Program-made: the position numbers and the translations under genes
Part shown: positions 17,977 through 26,733 of the stretch, piece by piece
Layout: each line of letters opens with the position of its first letter
How positions within the stretch are numbered: position 1 is the first letter of the stretch
Assembly: GCA_964489725.1 (NCBI GenBank)
Contig: CAZBAX010000005.1
Span: 31,935 to 95,934 of the forward strand
Source: an uncultured Anaerolinea sp.
GTDB lineage: Bacteria > Chloroflexota > Anaerolineae > Anaerolineales > Villigracilaceae
Direction of reading: 5' to 3'
Length of the DNA: 64,000 nucleotides
The notes under the pieces: generated by a model
The model's input: only the letters and a program-made list of their open reading frames with translations
The model's database searches: none
What the model was told of the DNA's origin: nothing

Positions 17977-18005
17977 TTGACTTATACTATCAGGATTGTT
18001 AGAAT
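17977..18005 (+). promoter_or_regulatory. Near-consensus promoter TTGACT-17-(TGt)TAGAAT
   Basis: ttgact 17977-17982, a 17-nt spacer ending in tgt, tagaat 18000-18005. It lies ~295 nt upstream of the next start codon. Confidence 0.6.
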
Positions 18006-18300
18006 CAAGTACAGAGTGCCGCACGCCTCTGGCGTCTCTACACTTACGATTTGAATTTCAACCTGCCAATGCCGTTGAGAAGATTAGTTACTATAGAGAG
18101 ACCCGCGGTAATCGTTCAATCCCGTTGTCATTGCACACCAACTGTATAGATACTCTTTAGCGATTTCAGCCTTTAGTGCTTTATCCAAAAAAGGTGGAGG
18201 TGATGGGCAATCTGTCTATGATGTTATGAGGAGGAGCGGCTGCGCATCGGCCCATGCTTGCAGTCGATAATGTTTAGACCTACAGAGGAGAGAATATAAA

Positions 18301-19986
18301 GTGAAAAACATTTTTAAAACAATTGCCAGTTGGCTCGTTTTGGCGGCGCTTGTCCTGATGCCTGGCGCAGGTGCGTCGGCGGCTCCAGGCGCCACCATCG
18401 ATATCCAGCTCTTAAATGTATCTGACTGGCATGGACAACTGGATCCGCTGACTGTGGGCACTGCCCAGGTGGGTGGCGCAGCGGCCCTTTCTGCATATTT
18501 CCAGGCAGACCGTGCTGCCAATCCCAACAGCCTAACCCTGACAGCCGGAGATGCAGTCGGTGCTACTCCCCCTTTGTCCAGCTTTTTTGATGATGTGCCA
18601 ACCATCCAGGCCATGAATCTCATGGGATTCCAGGTGGATACGTTGGGCAATCACAACTTTGATGGTGGGATCGCTCGTTTGCAGAGCCAGATCGATCTGG
18701 CCGAATTCCAGTATGTCTCGGCCAACCTGACCAACCGCGATGATAACCTGACCGGCGTCAAAGATTTCGAGATTTTCGATCTGGGTGGTGTGAAAGTTGG
18801 CGTAATCGGAATTACGAATCCAGAGGCGCCCGAACTGGTCTTCCCTGGCAACTTCGGAACGATTGTTCCCAGCGACCCGGTCGCGGCTGCCTTCAAGGCC
18901 CATAGAGCAGCAAAGGCTGCCGGCGCTGAAGTCTTTGTCGTAATTACCCATATGGGTGTCACTGGCTTCGATGGCAACGGTCAACCGTTTGGACCATTGA
19001 TCGATTTCGCCAATGCGGTGAGCAAGAATAATAAATCCCGGTTCGATGTGATCGTCGGTGATCACACGGACTTTCAGTTCAGCGGCATTATTAACGGCGC
19101 TCTCGTCTACGAAAACCGAAGCAGGGGCCTTACGTATGCAAAGGCTGTGATCACCGTGGATGCGAATAATCACAAGGTTCTCAATAAATCGGTCACATTT
19201 GTGACGCCATTCGTGAGTGCTGTGACGCCGGATCCCGCGATCGTAAGTCTGCTCGCGCCCTATCGCGACCAATTGACCCCGATCTTGAGCACAGAAGTTG
19301 GCTCTGCCACCGTCGAGATTCCCAGGTCTGATGCCTGCGGCCGCTCGGATGGACGGTTGTGTGAATCGCTCGTTGGCAACACAGTCACAGACGCGCTGCG
19401 CCAACGTTACGAAGTGGACTTTGCGATCACAAACTCTGGTGGCTTGCGCTCCGCGCTAACGTGTCCCACCACTGACAACCCCAGCGATTTCTGCCCTGCG
19501 TACACGCCTCCCCCATTCCCGATCACACGCGGACAGGTACTGACCGTTCTGCCCTTTGGAAATGTGGTTGTAACGCTCTCGGTCAATGGCGCAGAACTCA
19601 AGTCGATGCTTGAGAATGGTGTCTCGGCTATGCCAGGCGCGAATGGACGTTTTGCTCAGGTGTCTGGCCTGTGCTTTACGTATGATATATCGGCGCCGGT
19701 CGGTACTCGCGTAACAAGCGCGGTTCGCCAGGCGGCCGATGGAAGTTGTACAGGCGCGGCGATCGACCTGACAAACGCTTCCACGTACACGATCGCTGAA
19801 AATGACTTCATGGCAAACGGCGGCGACGGCTATCCAAATTTCGCGAGTCGTGTGGTCAGCCGTGAAATTATGGAGCAGGTGCTCGCCGACTACGTAACGG
19901 CGGGTTCCCCGATCTCCCCCAGCATTCAGGGACGTATCGTTTGTACAACATCAGGCGCCACGGCCTGCCCGGTACTGCTCCCATAA
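18301..19986 (+). CDS. Secreted bifunctional metallophosphatase / 5'-nucleotidase (UshA family)
   Basis: Signal peptide, metallophosphatase motifs (NVSDWHGQL, GNHNFD) and a 5'-nucleotidase C-terminal domain. GTG start after GAGGAG. Confidence 0.85.
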   Translation: MKNIFKTIASWLVLAALVLMPGAGASAAPGATIDIQLLNVSDWHGQLDPLTVGTAQVGGAAALSAYFQADRAANPNSLTLTAGDAVGATPPLSSFFDDVPTIQAMNLMGFQVDTLGNHNFDGGIARLQSQIDLAEFQYVSANLTNRDDNLTGVKDFEIFDLGGVKVGVIGITNPEAPELVFPGNFGTIVPSDPVAAAFKAHRAAKAAGAEVFVVITHMGVTGFDGNGQPFGPLIDFANAVSKNNKSRFDVIVGDHTDFQFSGIINGALVYENRSRGLTYAKAVITVDANNHKVLNKSVTFVTPFVSAVTPDPAIVSLLAPYRDQLTPILSTEVGSATVEIPRSDACGRSDGRLCESLVGNTVTDALRQRYEVDFAITNSGGLRSALTCPTTDNPSDFCPAYTPPPFPITRGQVLTVLPFGNVVVTLSVNGAELKSMLENGVSAMPGANGRFAQVSGLCFTYDISAPVGTRVTSAVRQAADGSCTGAAIDLTNASTYTIAENDFMANGGDGYPNFASRVVSREIMEQVLADYVTAGSPISPSIQGRIVCTTSGATACPVLLP

Positions 19987-20006
19987 CCAGTTTGTGATTC
20001 GATGGC

Positions 20007-20048
20007 AAGGCATCCCGTTCTCAATCGGCGGGATGCCTTGTTAATTTG
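20007..20048 (+). terminator. Terminator after the 5'-nucleotidase gene
   Basis: 11-bp stem aaggcatcccg / cgggatgcctt (20007-20039) followed by gttaattt. Confidence 0.7.
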
Positions 20049-20180
20049 CACGAAGCTCTGCAACATCATGCCCGGGGTCGCATATTGTGCTTTGTATGGA
20101 ATGAAGAGCCACAATTCCCTGGCACTGCCCCAGGGCAGGTGTGTGACCGTCAGGGGTAGAACCCTCAAGAAGGTAAATGG

Positions 20181-20669
20181 ATGAGACCGTTATTGTTTAT
20201 ATGCCTCTTGGCGTTATCTGCCTGTACATCCTCGCAAATCCCCGTCGTTCGAACGCCAACAGAGATCCTGAACCAGTTTCCAACACCGCTGCCAACGCCC
20301 ACCCTGGCCGCGATCACGAAGCCCATTGCCGAGGAAGAAAAAGAGGAAGCCTTCCATTTCTTCTATGAGCTAAAAAATAACATGGCGCTTGGTGAGTACG
20401 AACACATTGCCGAAGAAGTCCGCTATCCGATTACAGCCAACGTGGATGGACAGCTAAAAGCGTTCGTGTATGTTGCAGAATTGGAAGCCAATTTCCAAAA
20501 CATATTCAGCGCGGACGTCATTCAGAAGTTCATTTCCACCGATGAATCGGAGTTAACCTTTACAGAGCACGGCATAAAAGTGGCCGACGGGATCATCTGG
20601 TTCGATCTCATTTGTATGGATCCAAATTGCGACGAGGCAGAGTTTCTGATTACCGAGATAAACAACTGA
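20181..20669 (+). CDS. Hypothetical lipoprotein
   Basis: Lipobox MRPLLFICLLALSAC. GAAGG lies upstream. Confidence 0.7.
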   Translation: MRPLLFICLLALSACTSSQIPVVRTPTEILNQFPTPLPTPTLAAITKPIAEEEKEEAFHFFYELKNNMALGEYEHIAEEVRYPITANVDGQLKAFVYVAELEANFQNIFSADVIQKFISTDESELTFTEHGIKVADGIIWFDLICMDPNCDEAEFLITEINN

Positions 20670-21074
20670 GCTGCATCAACATGACGATAACAAAGACATA
20701 ACATCCCATTAACTGGGGAGGATGCGTCCAGTGCGATAATCGGATCAAGACGGAGGTATTGGGCGTTCTCTGATCGATTCTCCAGAAAGATTGACTGCGC
20801 AGTAGCCCATGCTTGCAGTTTGATCACACATCAAGCTTGCTTAAGGCGAGAGTCCCCTGTTTGATTCCATGACGGTGAACCGAGTGGAGTGTTAGATCGC
20901 GGAACTCTCCTCCGCTGTCTGCGATGCTTGAAAGCTTCTCTTCGTGCAGGTACTCCCTTTTGAAAACGTGGTGGATATTTTAATGCCCTGGCGGATTGGA
21001 ACGCCCACCACACATGAATTCCGCCAGCCTTAATTCATACCCAATTTGACAGATCTCTGAGAAAGGAATTCCCA

Positions 21075-22313
21075 ATGTATACGAGGACAAAATGGAACGC
21101 AATCGCTATCGTATTGATCTTGGCGCTCGCCGTCTCTGTGGGCGCCACCCCGGCGGGTGCACAGGACTCTGAAGCCCCCACCGTGCGCTTTGCTACCTTC
21201 AATGCATCCTTGAATCGAAGTGCGGCGGGGCAGCTCGTGTCCGATCTGTCCACGCCAAACAATGCGCAGGCCAGGACGATCGCAGAGATCATCCAGCGCA
21301 CACGCCCAGACGTGCTGCTCATCAACGAATTTGACTATGTCGAGAACGGCGTTGCCGCCGAACTGTTCCAGGATAACTACCTTTCAGTCTCTCAAAACGG
21401 GGCAGGCCCCATCGAGTACCCATACTATTTTGTTGCACCCTCCAATACGGGTATCCCGTCTGGTTTCGATCTCGATAACAACGGATCTGTCGGCGGCCCG
21501 AACGATGCCTTCGGATTTGGTTTCTTCCCCGGGCAGTTTGGCATGGCGGTCTATTCCATGTATCCAATCCGCTATGACGACATTCGAACCTTCCAGTTCT
21601 TCCTGTGGAAGGATATGCCGGGCGCACGCTTGCCTGATGATCCAGCCATGCCGGGGCCGGCGGACTGGTATTCGCCCGAGGAACTGAATGTGTTCCGGCT
21701 TTCCTCCAAGAGCCATTGGGATATCCCGATCCAGATCGGAGAAGAACTGGTTCACTTTCTTGTGAGTCATCCGACGCCGCCGGTATTCGATGGGCCGGAG
21801 GATCGCAACGGGACACGTAATTACGATGAAATTCGATTCTGGGCAGATTACTTAGGCGGCAAGAAAGCCGGGTATATCTATGACGATGCGGGCAGGCATG
21901 GTGGATTGCCGGCCGGCTCCCTGTTTGTGATCGCAGGGGATCAGAATTCTGACCCGCTCGATGGAGACAGCATCCCTGGCGCCATCCAGCAGCTGATCAG
22001 CCATCCACTTGTCAATGGCAAATGGGCTCCCAGCAGCGAGGGAGGCCCTGAACAGGCAGCGTTGCAGGGCGGCGCAAATCTCACCCATCGGAGCGACCCG
22101 GCCTTCGACACGGCGGATTTTGCCGACACGGCACCTGGTAATCTCAGAGCAGATTACGTGTTGCCGAGGAGGAATATGGCTATCCTCGATGGCGCTGTAT
22201 TTTGGCCGCGCAGCGACGATCCACTCTTTGCACTGGTTGGACTGTTCCCCTTCCCAAGCTCCGATCATAAACTGGTGTGGATCGATGTCCGAATTCCGGA
22301 TACGAAGAAGTAA
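21075..22313 (+). CDS. Secreted endonuclease/exonuclease/phosphatase (EEP) family protein
   Basis: Signal peptide. VRFATFNASLNR and LLINEFDY resemble the EEP N-terminal motifs, and a C-terminal SDH lies near the end. Confidence 0.8.
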   Translation: MYTRTKWNAIAIVLILALAVSVGATPAGAQDSEAPTVRFATFNASLNRSAAGQLVSDLSTPNNAQARTIAEIIQRTRPDVLLINEFDYVENGVAAELFQDNYLSVSQNGAGPIEYPYYFVAPSNTGIPSGFDLDNNGSVGGPNDAFGFGFFPGQFGMAVYSMYPIRYDDIRTFQFFLWKDMPGARLPDDPAMPGPADWYSPEELNVFRLSSKSHWDIPIQIGEELVHFLVSHPTPPVFDGPEDRNGTRNYDEIRFWADYLGGKKAGYIYDDAGRHGGLPAGSLFVIAGDQNSDPLDGDSIPGAIQQLISHPLVNGKWAPSSEGGPEQAALQGGANLTHRSDPAFDTADFADTAPGNLRADYVLPRRNMAILDGAVFWPRSDDPLFALVGLFPFPSSDHKLVWIDVRIPDTKK

Positions 22314-22363
22314 GGCAGTCTGCACCATCGGCGAGGTCATGCGCCGTCATCTGATTCGAATCA

Positions 22364-22388
22364 AAGCCCGCCACTTTGGCGGGCTTTT
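22364..22388 (+). terminator. Rho-independent terminator after the EEP gene
   Basis: Stem aagcccgcc / ggcgggctt with a T-tract. Confidence 0.8.
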
Positions 22389-22391
22389 CGT

Positions 22392-22397
22392 TATACT
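22392..22397 (+). promoter_or_regulatory. -10 hexamer TATACT 6 nt upstream of the ppc ATG
   Basis: tatact, then tgacac, then ATG at 22404. No SD. Confidence 0.45.
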
Positions 22398-22403
22398 TGA
22401 CAC

Positions 22404-25109
22404 ATGGACATTTCACAAACGATTCATTTGTTGGGCGACATTCTTGGCAGCGTGATCAGCGAGCTTGAGTCGCGCGAGCTTTTCGAAACGGAGGAACGCA
22501 TCCGTGCCGCGGCCAAAGAGCGACGGGGAGGCAAGGCTGAAGCTGCGCAGCAACTCGCGGCGGAGGTCGAATCGCTGGACGTCAATTCGGCGCGCGTCAT
22601 CTCGGCCGCGTTCGCGGCCTATTTCGACCTCGTCAATCTGGCGGAGGAGAATCAACGCGTTCACGAATTGCGCGAGCGTGAAATGACGCAGCATCCCAAA
22701 CCGCTCGGTGAATCGGTGCGTGAAGCGATCGCATCGCTGAAGAAGGAAGGTGTAACGCCTGAGCAAATGCAGTCACTGCTCGACGGGCTTTCGATTGAGC
22801 TGGTGTTGACGGCCCATCCGACCGAATCGCGTCGTCGCACGGTGATCTCGAAACTGCAGCGTCTCGCGCAGCGAATCGATTCCCTTTCCAGTGAATCCCT
22901 GCTGCCGCGATTGAAAAAGAAGACCCGCGATTCGATCCGCGCCGAGGTCGTCTCTTTGTGGCTCACCGACCGGCATCGCGCCTCGAAACTTGCGGTCACC
23001 GATGAAGTGCGTACCGGGTTGTATTTTGTCGACTCTGTTTTTTGGGACGCGCTGCCTGGGCTGTATGAGGACCTGGAGGACGCCCTCGCTTCACACTACC
23101 CGACAGTGGAACCGCCTTCGGACTGGCTTCGCCTCGCTTCGTGGATGGGCGGCGACCGTGACGGCAACCCGAATGTGACTCACCGCCTGACCGCCGAGAC
23201 GCTCCGCCTGCATCGCGGTCTGGCAGTGGAGCGGCACCGTGAGTCTCTGCAAAATCTAGCACGCCACCTGAGCCTCAGCGATCATCGTTTTACGCCCCCC
23301 GAACAATTGATGCAGTGGATCGAATCGCGTCGCCCGTTCCCGCCGCACGTTGCGTTCATCGAAGGACGTTATGTTGCCGAGTCGTATCGGCTGATCCTTT
23401 CACTGCTGGCCGCCGAATTGGCAGACGCTTCGCGCGATGATATGACCGCCCGCCTGCTGGAGCGCGGTGAACATCGAGCACGTATTAACGTCCACGATCT
23501 GCTCGAACCTGTAAACCTCATTGCTGCACATTTGCCGGCTACTCTCGCAAAAGGGGAGATCGAAAAAGTGCAGCGCCAACTCAATATCTTCGGATTACAC
23601 ACCATGCGCCTGGATCTGCGCGAAGAGTCGACCCGTTTGAACATGGCATTAGGTGAGGTCTTGCGTGCATTGCATCTGGCGGATGATTTTCCCTCCATGC
23701 CATTGGAGGAGCGCTGCTCGCTTCTTTCGCGGCTTCTGGAAGATCCACGCCCGGAGCTTGCGTCTCACCCCGGGGTGACACCTGCCGCCGAGGAGACATG
23801 GTCTCTGTTTCAGCTGATGGCGCGCGTGAACAAGGTCTATGGCTCGAAGCTGCTGGGACCGTTCGTGATCTCAATGTGCGAATCGGCTTGCGATGTACTC
23901 ACGGTCTTGTTGCTCGCCCGCTGGACGGATTGCGACAATGGTTTGCAGATCGTGCCCCTTTTTGAAACCATCGAAGATCTGCGCGCCGCGCCCGCCATTC
24001 TTGAATCTCTTTATTCGTTGCCTGTCTATCGCGAACATCTGGGCACGTGCGGCAATCAACAGATCGTGATGATCGGGTATTCCGACAGCAACAAGGATGG
24101 CGGCTATGTGACTGCCAACTGGTCGCTGTATCAGGCCCAGGAACAGGTGACAAACGTTTCACGCGAGCATAACGTCAACCTGACGATATTTCATGGGCGC
24201 GGCGGCACCATCGCGCGCGGCGGCGGACCGGCCAACCGCGCCATCCGCGCCCAGCCGCCAGGGAGTATCAATGGTCGATTCCGCCTCACCGAACAGGGCG
24301 AGACCATTGCTGTGCGTTATTCCAACCCTGAGCTGGCGCACCGTCACCTCGAACAGATCGTCCATGCGGTCATGATGGCTTCCTCGCCGACGAATATCGA
24401 TGACCAGGTCCAGTCCCATTGGCGAAAGGCGATGGATGATATGTCTGCGACCGCTTTCAAAATGTATCGCGGACTTGTCTACGAAACGCCTGGCTTCATC
24501 GATTTCTGGCAGGCCGCAACACCCCTGGACGAGATCAAACGATTGCATATTGGCTCACGCCCGGCGGTGCGCGGGAAAAGTACGGCCGTCAACAAGATCC
24601 GTGCCATTCCGTGGGTGTTCTCATGGATGCAGAGCCGCTTCAATCTGCCGGGTTGGTTTGGGTTAGGCTCGGCGCTGCTGTCAGTTAACGATAAAGGTCT
24701 TCTGCGTGAAATGTATAGCGGTTGGCTGCTATTCAAGACGATGCTCGACAACACCGAGATGTCGCTGATCAAAGCCGATATGGATATTGCCGCGCTCTAC
24801 GTCGAGCTTGTCCCGGACAAACAGATGGGTAAACAATTCTTTGGACTCATCCTGGATGAATACAAACGGACGCGCGAGGCGGTCTTATCTATCAGCGGGC
24901 ACGTCAACCTGCTCGACGCAGAACCGGTCACGCAGATGGCGGTCCAGGTGCGCAACCCGTACGTCGACCCGTTGAATTACGTCCAGGTGGAAATGCTGCG
25001 GCGCTTGCGCGCCCTGCCCGACCCCGAAAGCGAAGAGGCGCAATCGCTGCGTGAGGTCATTACGATCACCATCAACGGGATCGCAGCGGGCTTACGAAAT
25101 ACAGGGTGA
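22404..25109 (+). CDS. ppc: Phosphoenolpyruvate carboxylase
   Basis: VLTAHPTE, GYSDSNKDGG and FHGRGGTIARGGGP motifs, with C-terminal ...GLRNTG. Confidence 0.95.
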   Translation: MDISQTIHLLGDILGSVISELESRELFETEERIRAAAKERRGGKAEAAQQLAAEVESLDVNSARVISAAFAAYFDLVNLAEENQRVHELREREMTQHPKPLGESVREAIASLKKEGVTPEQMQSLLDGLSIELVLTAHPTESRRRTVISKLQRLAQRIDSLSSESLLPRLKKKTRDSIRAEVVSLWLTDRHRASKLAVTDEVRTGLYFVDSVFWDALPGLYEDLEDALASHYPTVEPPSDWLRLASWMGGDRDGNPNVTHRLTAETLRLHRGLAVERHRESLQNLARHLSLSDHRFTPPEQLMQWIESRRPFPPHVAFIEGRYVAESYRLILSLLAAELADASRDDMTARLLERGEHRARINVHDLLEPVNLIAAHLPATLAKGEIEKVQRQLNIFGLHTMRLDLREESTRLNMALGEVLRALHLADDFPSMPLEERCSLLSRLLEDPRPELASHPGVTPAAEETWSLFQLMARVNKVYGSKLLGPFVISMCESACDVLTVLLLARWTDCDNGLQIVPLFETIEDLRAAPAILESLYSLPVYREHLGTCGNQQIVMIGYSDSNKDGGYVTANWSLYQAQEQVTNVSREHNVNLTIFHGRGGTIARGGGPANRAIRAQPPGSINGRFRLTEQGETIAVRYSNPELAHRHLEQIVHAVMMASSPTNIDDQVQSHWRKAMDDMSATAFKMYRGLVYETPGFIDFWQAATPLDEIKRLHIGSRPAVRGKSTAVNKIRAIPWVFSWMQSRFNLPGWFGLGSALLSVNDKGLLREMYSGWLLFKTMLDNTEMSLIKADMDIAALYVELVPDKQMGKQFFGLILDEYKRTREAVLSISGHVNLLDAEPVTQMAVQVRNPYVDPLNYVQVEMLRRLRALPDPESEEAQSLREVITITINGIAAGLRNTG

Positions 25110-25255
25110 AACGTTTTGCTCAGTTGGGGGTTGGGAGTGTAATGCTGGAAACGTGACAAATGTTAACCGGTTCATAAATCGAAGCAGTCAAGCCGGGACT
25201 ATAATTCAAAGGATTGATTACTTTACACTTTGATCTGGGACGCAGAAAACAGTAT

Positions 25256-25352
25256 GTCATTCTGAACGACCGAAGGGAGTGAAGAATCCCCATGGACTTG
25301 AGCCGAATAAGGCTCAAGTCCATGGGAGACCCTTCGCTCTGCTCAGGGTGAC
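25256..25352. repeat. Family-A element, variant copy A2 (gtcattctgaac ... gctcagggtgac)
   Basis: The outer arms pair with two T:G positions. The inner part is a perfect 16-bp hairpin, cccatggacttgagcc / ggctcaagtccatggg (25288-25326). Confidence 0.7.
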
Positions 25353-25461
25353 ATTAACTGGTGTTTTCTATATCTTAGGCAGTCTCGAATCAGAGTTGAT
25401 CTGCGCCCAAAAGGATTCTGTAAGATAATCAGTTCAAAGAGTTAATTTTCGACGGAGAATC

Positions 25462-26580
25462 ATGATGTCTACCATTACGAATAAACCTATCAAGAAGATC
25501 GCGATCAGTACCGGCGGCGGTGATGCGCCCGGTTTGAATGCTGTCATTCGCGCTACTGCGCTTTCGGCGATCCAACGCGGCTGGGAAGTCTACGGCGTCC
25601 GCGACGGTTTCCATGGGCTGTTATTACCCGAGGAGTACCCCGGCGGCGGGCTTATGCCTCTGACGCGCGAACGGGTCAGCGGAATTACACACCTCGGCGG
25701 CACCATTCTGGGGACCAGCAACCGCAATAATCCCATGCGATACCCTATCACTCGCGATGACGGCACCATCGAAGAAGTGGACCGCACCGATGAGATCGTG
25801 CTTGCCTTCCGATTGCACCATATCGACGCCCTGATCACGGTCGGCGGTGATGGGTCGCTTGCCATTGCCAGTGTGCTCGCCCGGAAGGGAATGCGCCTGA
25901 TCTCTGTCCCCAAGACGATCGATAACGACCTGGATAAGACCGATGTCACGTTCGGGTTCGATACCGCGGTGGGCTTTGCCACCGACGCACTCGACCGGCT
26001 TCATTCGACTGCCGCATCACACGGTCGCGTCATGGTCGTGGAGGTGATGGGCCGCTACGCCGGCTGGATCGCGCTGCATTCCGGTATTGCAGGTTCTGCA
26101 GACGTGATCCTGATTCCCGAACATCCCTATGACATCAATAATGTGATCGAGAAGATCCGCGAACGGGATGCACGTGGCAATAAGTTCACGATCGTGATGG
26201 TCGCAGAAGGCGCGCTGCCGGTTGGAGGGGATACTTCGATCGTAGAGAGGGAAGCGGGACGAGCAGAACGTCTTGGCGGTGTGGGCGAGAAGGTCGCGGC
26301 AGAGATCCATGCCAAATCCGGCAAGGAGACGCGGGTGGTGGTGCTCGGTCATTTATTACGCGGCGGTTCGCCAACCTCCTTTGACCGTCTCACTGCATTG
26401 CGTTTCGGCGCGGCGGCCGTGCGCGGGCTCGACGAGGGGCAGGCAGGCGTCATGGTCGCACTCGACCCGCCAGATGTGAAATATGTGCCCATCGAAGAAG
26501 CCATGGGCAAAATGAAGCTGGTGCCGATGGATTCCGAGATCGTTCGAACAGGAAGGGACCTGGGGATCTCTTTCGGATAA
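25462..26580 (+). CDS. pfkA: 6-phosphofructokinase (group III type)
   Basis: GGGDAPGLNAVIR, TVGGDGSL and PKTIDNDL motifs. GGAGA SD. Confidence 0.9.
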   Translation: MMSTITNKPIKKIAISTGGGDAPGLNAVIRATALSAIQRGWEVYGVRDGFHGLLLPEEYPGGGLMPLTRERVSGITHLGGTILGTSNRNNPMRYPITRDDGTIEEVDRTDEIVLAFRLHHIDALITVGGDGSLAIASVLARKGMRLISVPKTIDNDLDKTDVTFGFDTAVGFATDALDRLHSTAASHGRVMVVEVMGRYAGWIALHSGIAGSADVILIPEHPYDINNVIEKIRERDARGNKFTIVMVAEGALPVGGDTSIVEREAGRAERLGGVGEKVAAEIHAKSGKETRVVVLGHLLRGGSPTSFDRLTALRFGAAAVRGLDEGQAGVMVALDPPDVKYVPIEEAMGKMKLVPMDSEIVRTGRDLGISFG

Positions 26581-26721
26581 GCGCACGCTTTAGATTATTT
26601 TGCGAAATCTGTGCCGACCACAAGCGAATGTGCGTCGGCGCGATTTTTTTTGCCCCGATCACATCATAGACAATTCGATTTCTATTGCAGCAAAACGTTG
26701 TGGGGGCAGGTTACTCTCTTT

Positions 26722-26727
26722 TATAAT
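26722..26727 (+). promoter_or_regulatory. -10 hexamer TATAAT 6 nt upstream of the aminotransferase ATG
   Basis: tataat, then attgtc, then ATG at 26734. No SD. Confidence 0.5.
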
Positions 26728-26733
26728 ATTGTC

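Noticed and set aside
18203-18229. Nine-codon uORF (MGNLSMML) after the strong SD-like run aaggtggaggtg in the nucleotidase leader.
   Set aside because: The GGAGG core ends only 2 nt before the ATG, which is too close for canonical initiation, and I cannot assess conservation. It is kept only as part of the leader finding.
21045-21050. Consensus TTGACA 25 nt upstream of the EEP gene ATG.
   Set aside because: No acceptable -10 hexamer lies 16-19 nt downstream; that position is the AAAGGA ribosome-binding site. This is probably fortuitous.
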